Made by a program: the position numbers and the translations under genes
In this document: piece after piece, positions 62,898-64,000 of the stretch
How the letters are laid out: each line of letters begins with the position of its first letter
Numbering within the stretch: the first letter of the stretch is position 1
The notes under the pieces: generated by a model
The model's input: the letters and a program-made list of their open reading frames with translations, nothing else
Database searches by the model: none
What the model was told of the DNA's origin: nothing
Assembly: GCA_965153455.1 (NCBI GenBank)
Contig: OZ234493.1
Coordinates: forward strand, 3,348,001 to 3,412,000
DNA: 64,000 bases
Direction of reading: 5' to 3'
Source of the DNA: Sphagnum compactum
Lineage: Eukaryota

Positions 62898-63619
62898 AAA
62901 AATTCTTGTTGGGCTAGCTTGATACATACACAAAGTTTTAGGCAAACACATTACCTTGTGCAAATTTTATCAACATATATATGCACACACTCAAGCAAAG
63001 GCAGAATGCATGGTAGCCCCAAAATGAACTTGACATCACATAATGAAATCAAGTTCTTCAAAGCAACCTCACTCTTTGTAGATTGAACACAAATTTTGAT
63101 AATAAAAAGGGGTGCACATACATATCTAAGAGCTAAAAACCATGTCAGATAGTAGTGGAAACTATGAACTTTTCTGCATATGTTTTTTTTTGACATTTTA
63201 AAGTTATGTTAATCATTCCATGTTGTTTTAAATGATTAATATGAATGTTGAGAAATTGAAATTAAAATTTCGTTAAATTGAATTTTCGATTTTGGTTTTA
63301 ATAAAGGACATGTGAACTTGAACAAATGTTACATCAGATTATGGTTAATTTTAGAAAGGACTAGGTAAAGGACTATTATAATAACATAATTTTGATGATA
63401 AAAAAATTTAAATGATAGTAACCTACTACTCACATTCAAAAATCACTCACAATTAGGGTTGTCAAAATTGACGTGATGCTACCATTTTGCGTTGGGCGTC
63501 ACGTTGGCGTTTATCATGATGCGTCCATCACATTTGTCAAAACAAAGGCATGAAATTTTTTCTTGACATTTGGGTAGCCCTTAATACAAATGGTGATAAA
63601 AAATAGATTTCAATTGTTA

Positions 63620-64000
63620 ATCCTGCGACGACCGAAAATTGGTGGCCATAAGGTTAGCAATTTTCGGCTACCAATCATGTGACGACCGAAAATTTGGGGT
63701 GGGGGATGATTTCTTTTCAAAAATGATATTATTTGCACTCTGCATTTTTGGTGACCAAATTTTTTTAATCACCATCTAACATACCCACATCATTGAATCG
63801 CGACCGAAAGGGGCGGGGCCACTTTCCTTTTTGGGCAATCGAAGAATTTCGGTCGCCATCCAATGGTGTGGGTTTGTTAGATGGCGACCAAAATTCTTCG
63901 GTCACCATTCGACAATGTGGATATGTTAAATGGCGATTGAATTTTTTCGGTTGTCTTCAGATACACCCCATTCTCTAATGGCGACCAAATGTTTTTCGAT
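63620..64000. repeat. Array of GGCGACCRAAA-like motifs, probably the subterminal region of another transposon running off the window
   Basis: cgaccgaaa / tgaccaaa / ggcgaccaaa and their inverse (ttcggtcgcc) recur about 8 times. Confidence 0.5.

Overview
Eukaryotic, AT-rich, transposon-dense plant genomic DNA. Repeat types and gene content suggest a bryophyte such as Sphagnum (inference, not proven). The only clearly recognisable intact host gene is a small arabinogalactan (AG) peptide of the AGP16/20/22 family (8119-8337). Most of the rest is transposable elements, several with readable target-site duplications (TSDs): PIF/Harbinger remnants interrupted by a 3.3-kb non-autonomous CACTA element (TSD ACA); an ~18-kb Mutator-like element (MULE; ~650-bp TIRs, 9-bp TSD TTAGAAAAC) with a SWIM-type transposase, a Ulp1-like protease, other degenerate cargo ORFs and CCCYRGGG motif arrays; two nested solo LTRs scrambled by a 1.4-kb inversion; a full-length degenerate chromodomain Ty3/gypsy element (TSD CAAAG); pogo-type and hAT MITEs; a degenerate Helitron RepHel next to a FAD2 fragment; and a GC-rich, six-intron pogo-type transposase that looks foreign to its flanks. 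A ~2.6-3.1-kb inverted duplication flanks the Helitron and carries two copies of an unknown 121-aa ORF; a diverged third relative lies at 34.4 kb. No rRNA, tRNA or CRISPR array was recognised. All alignments and identities were judged by eye.
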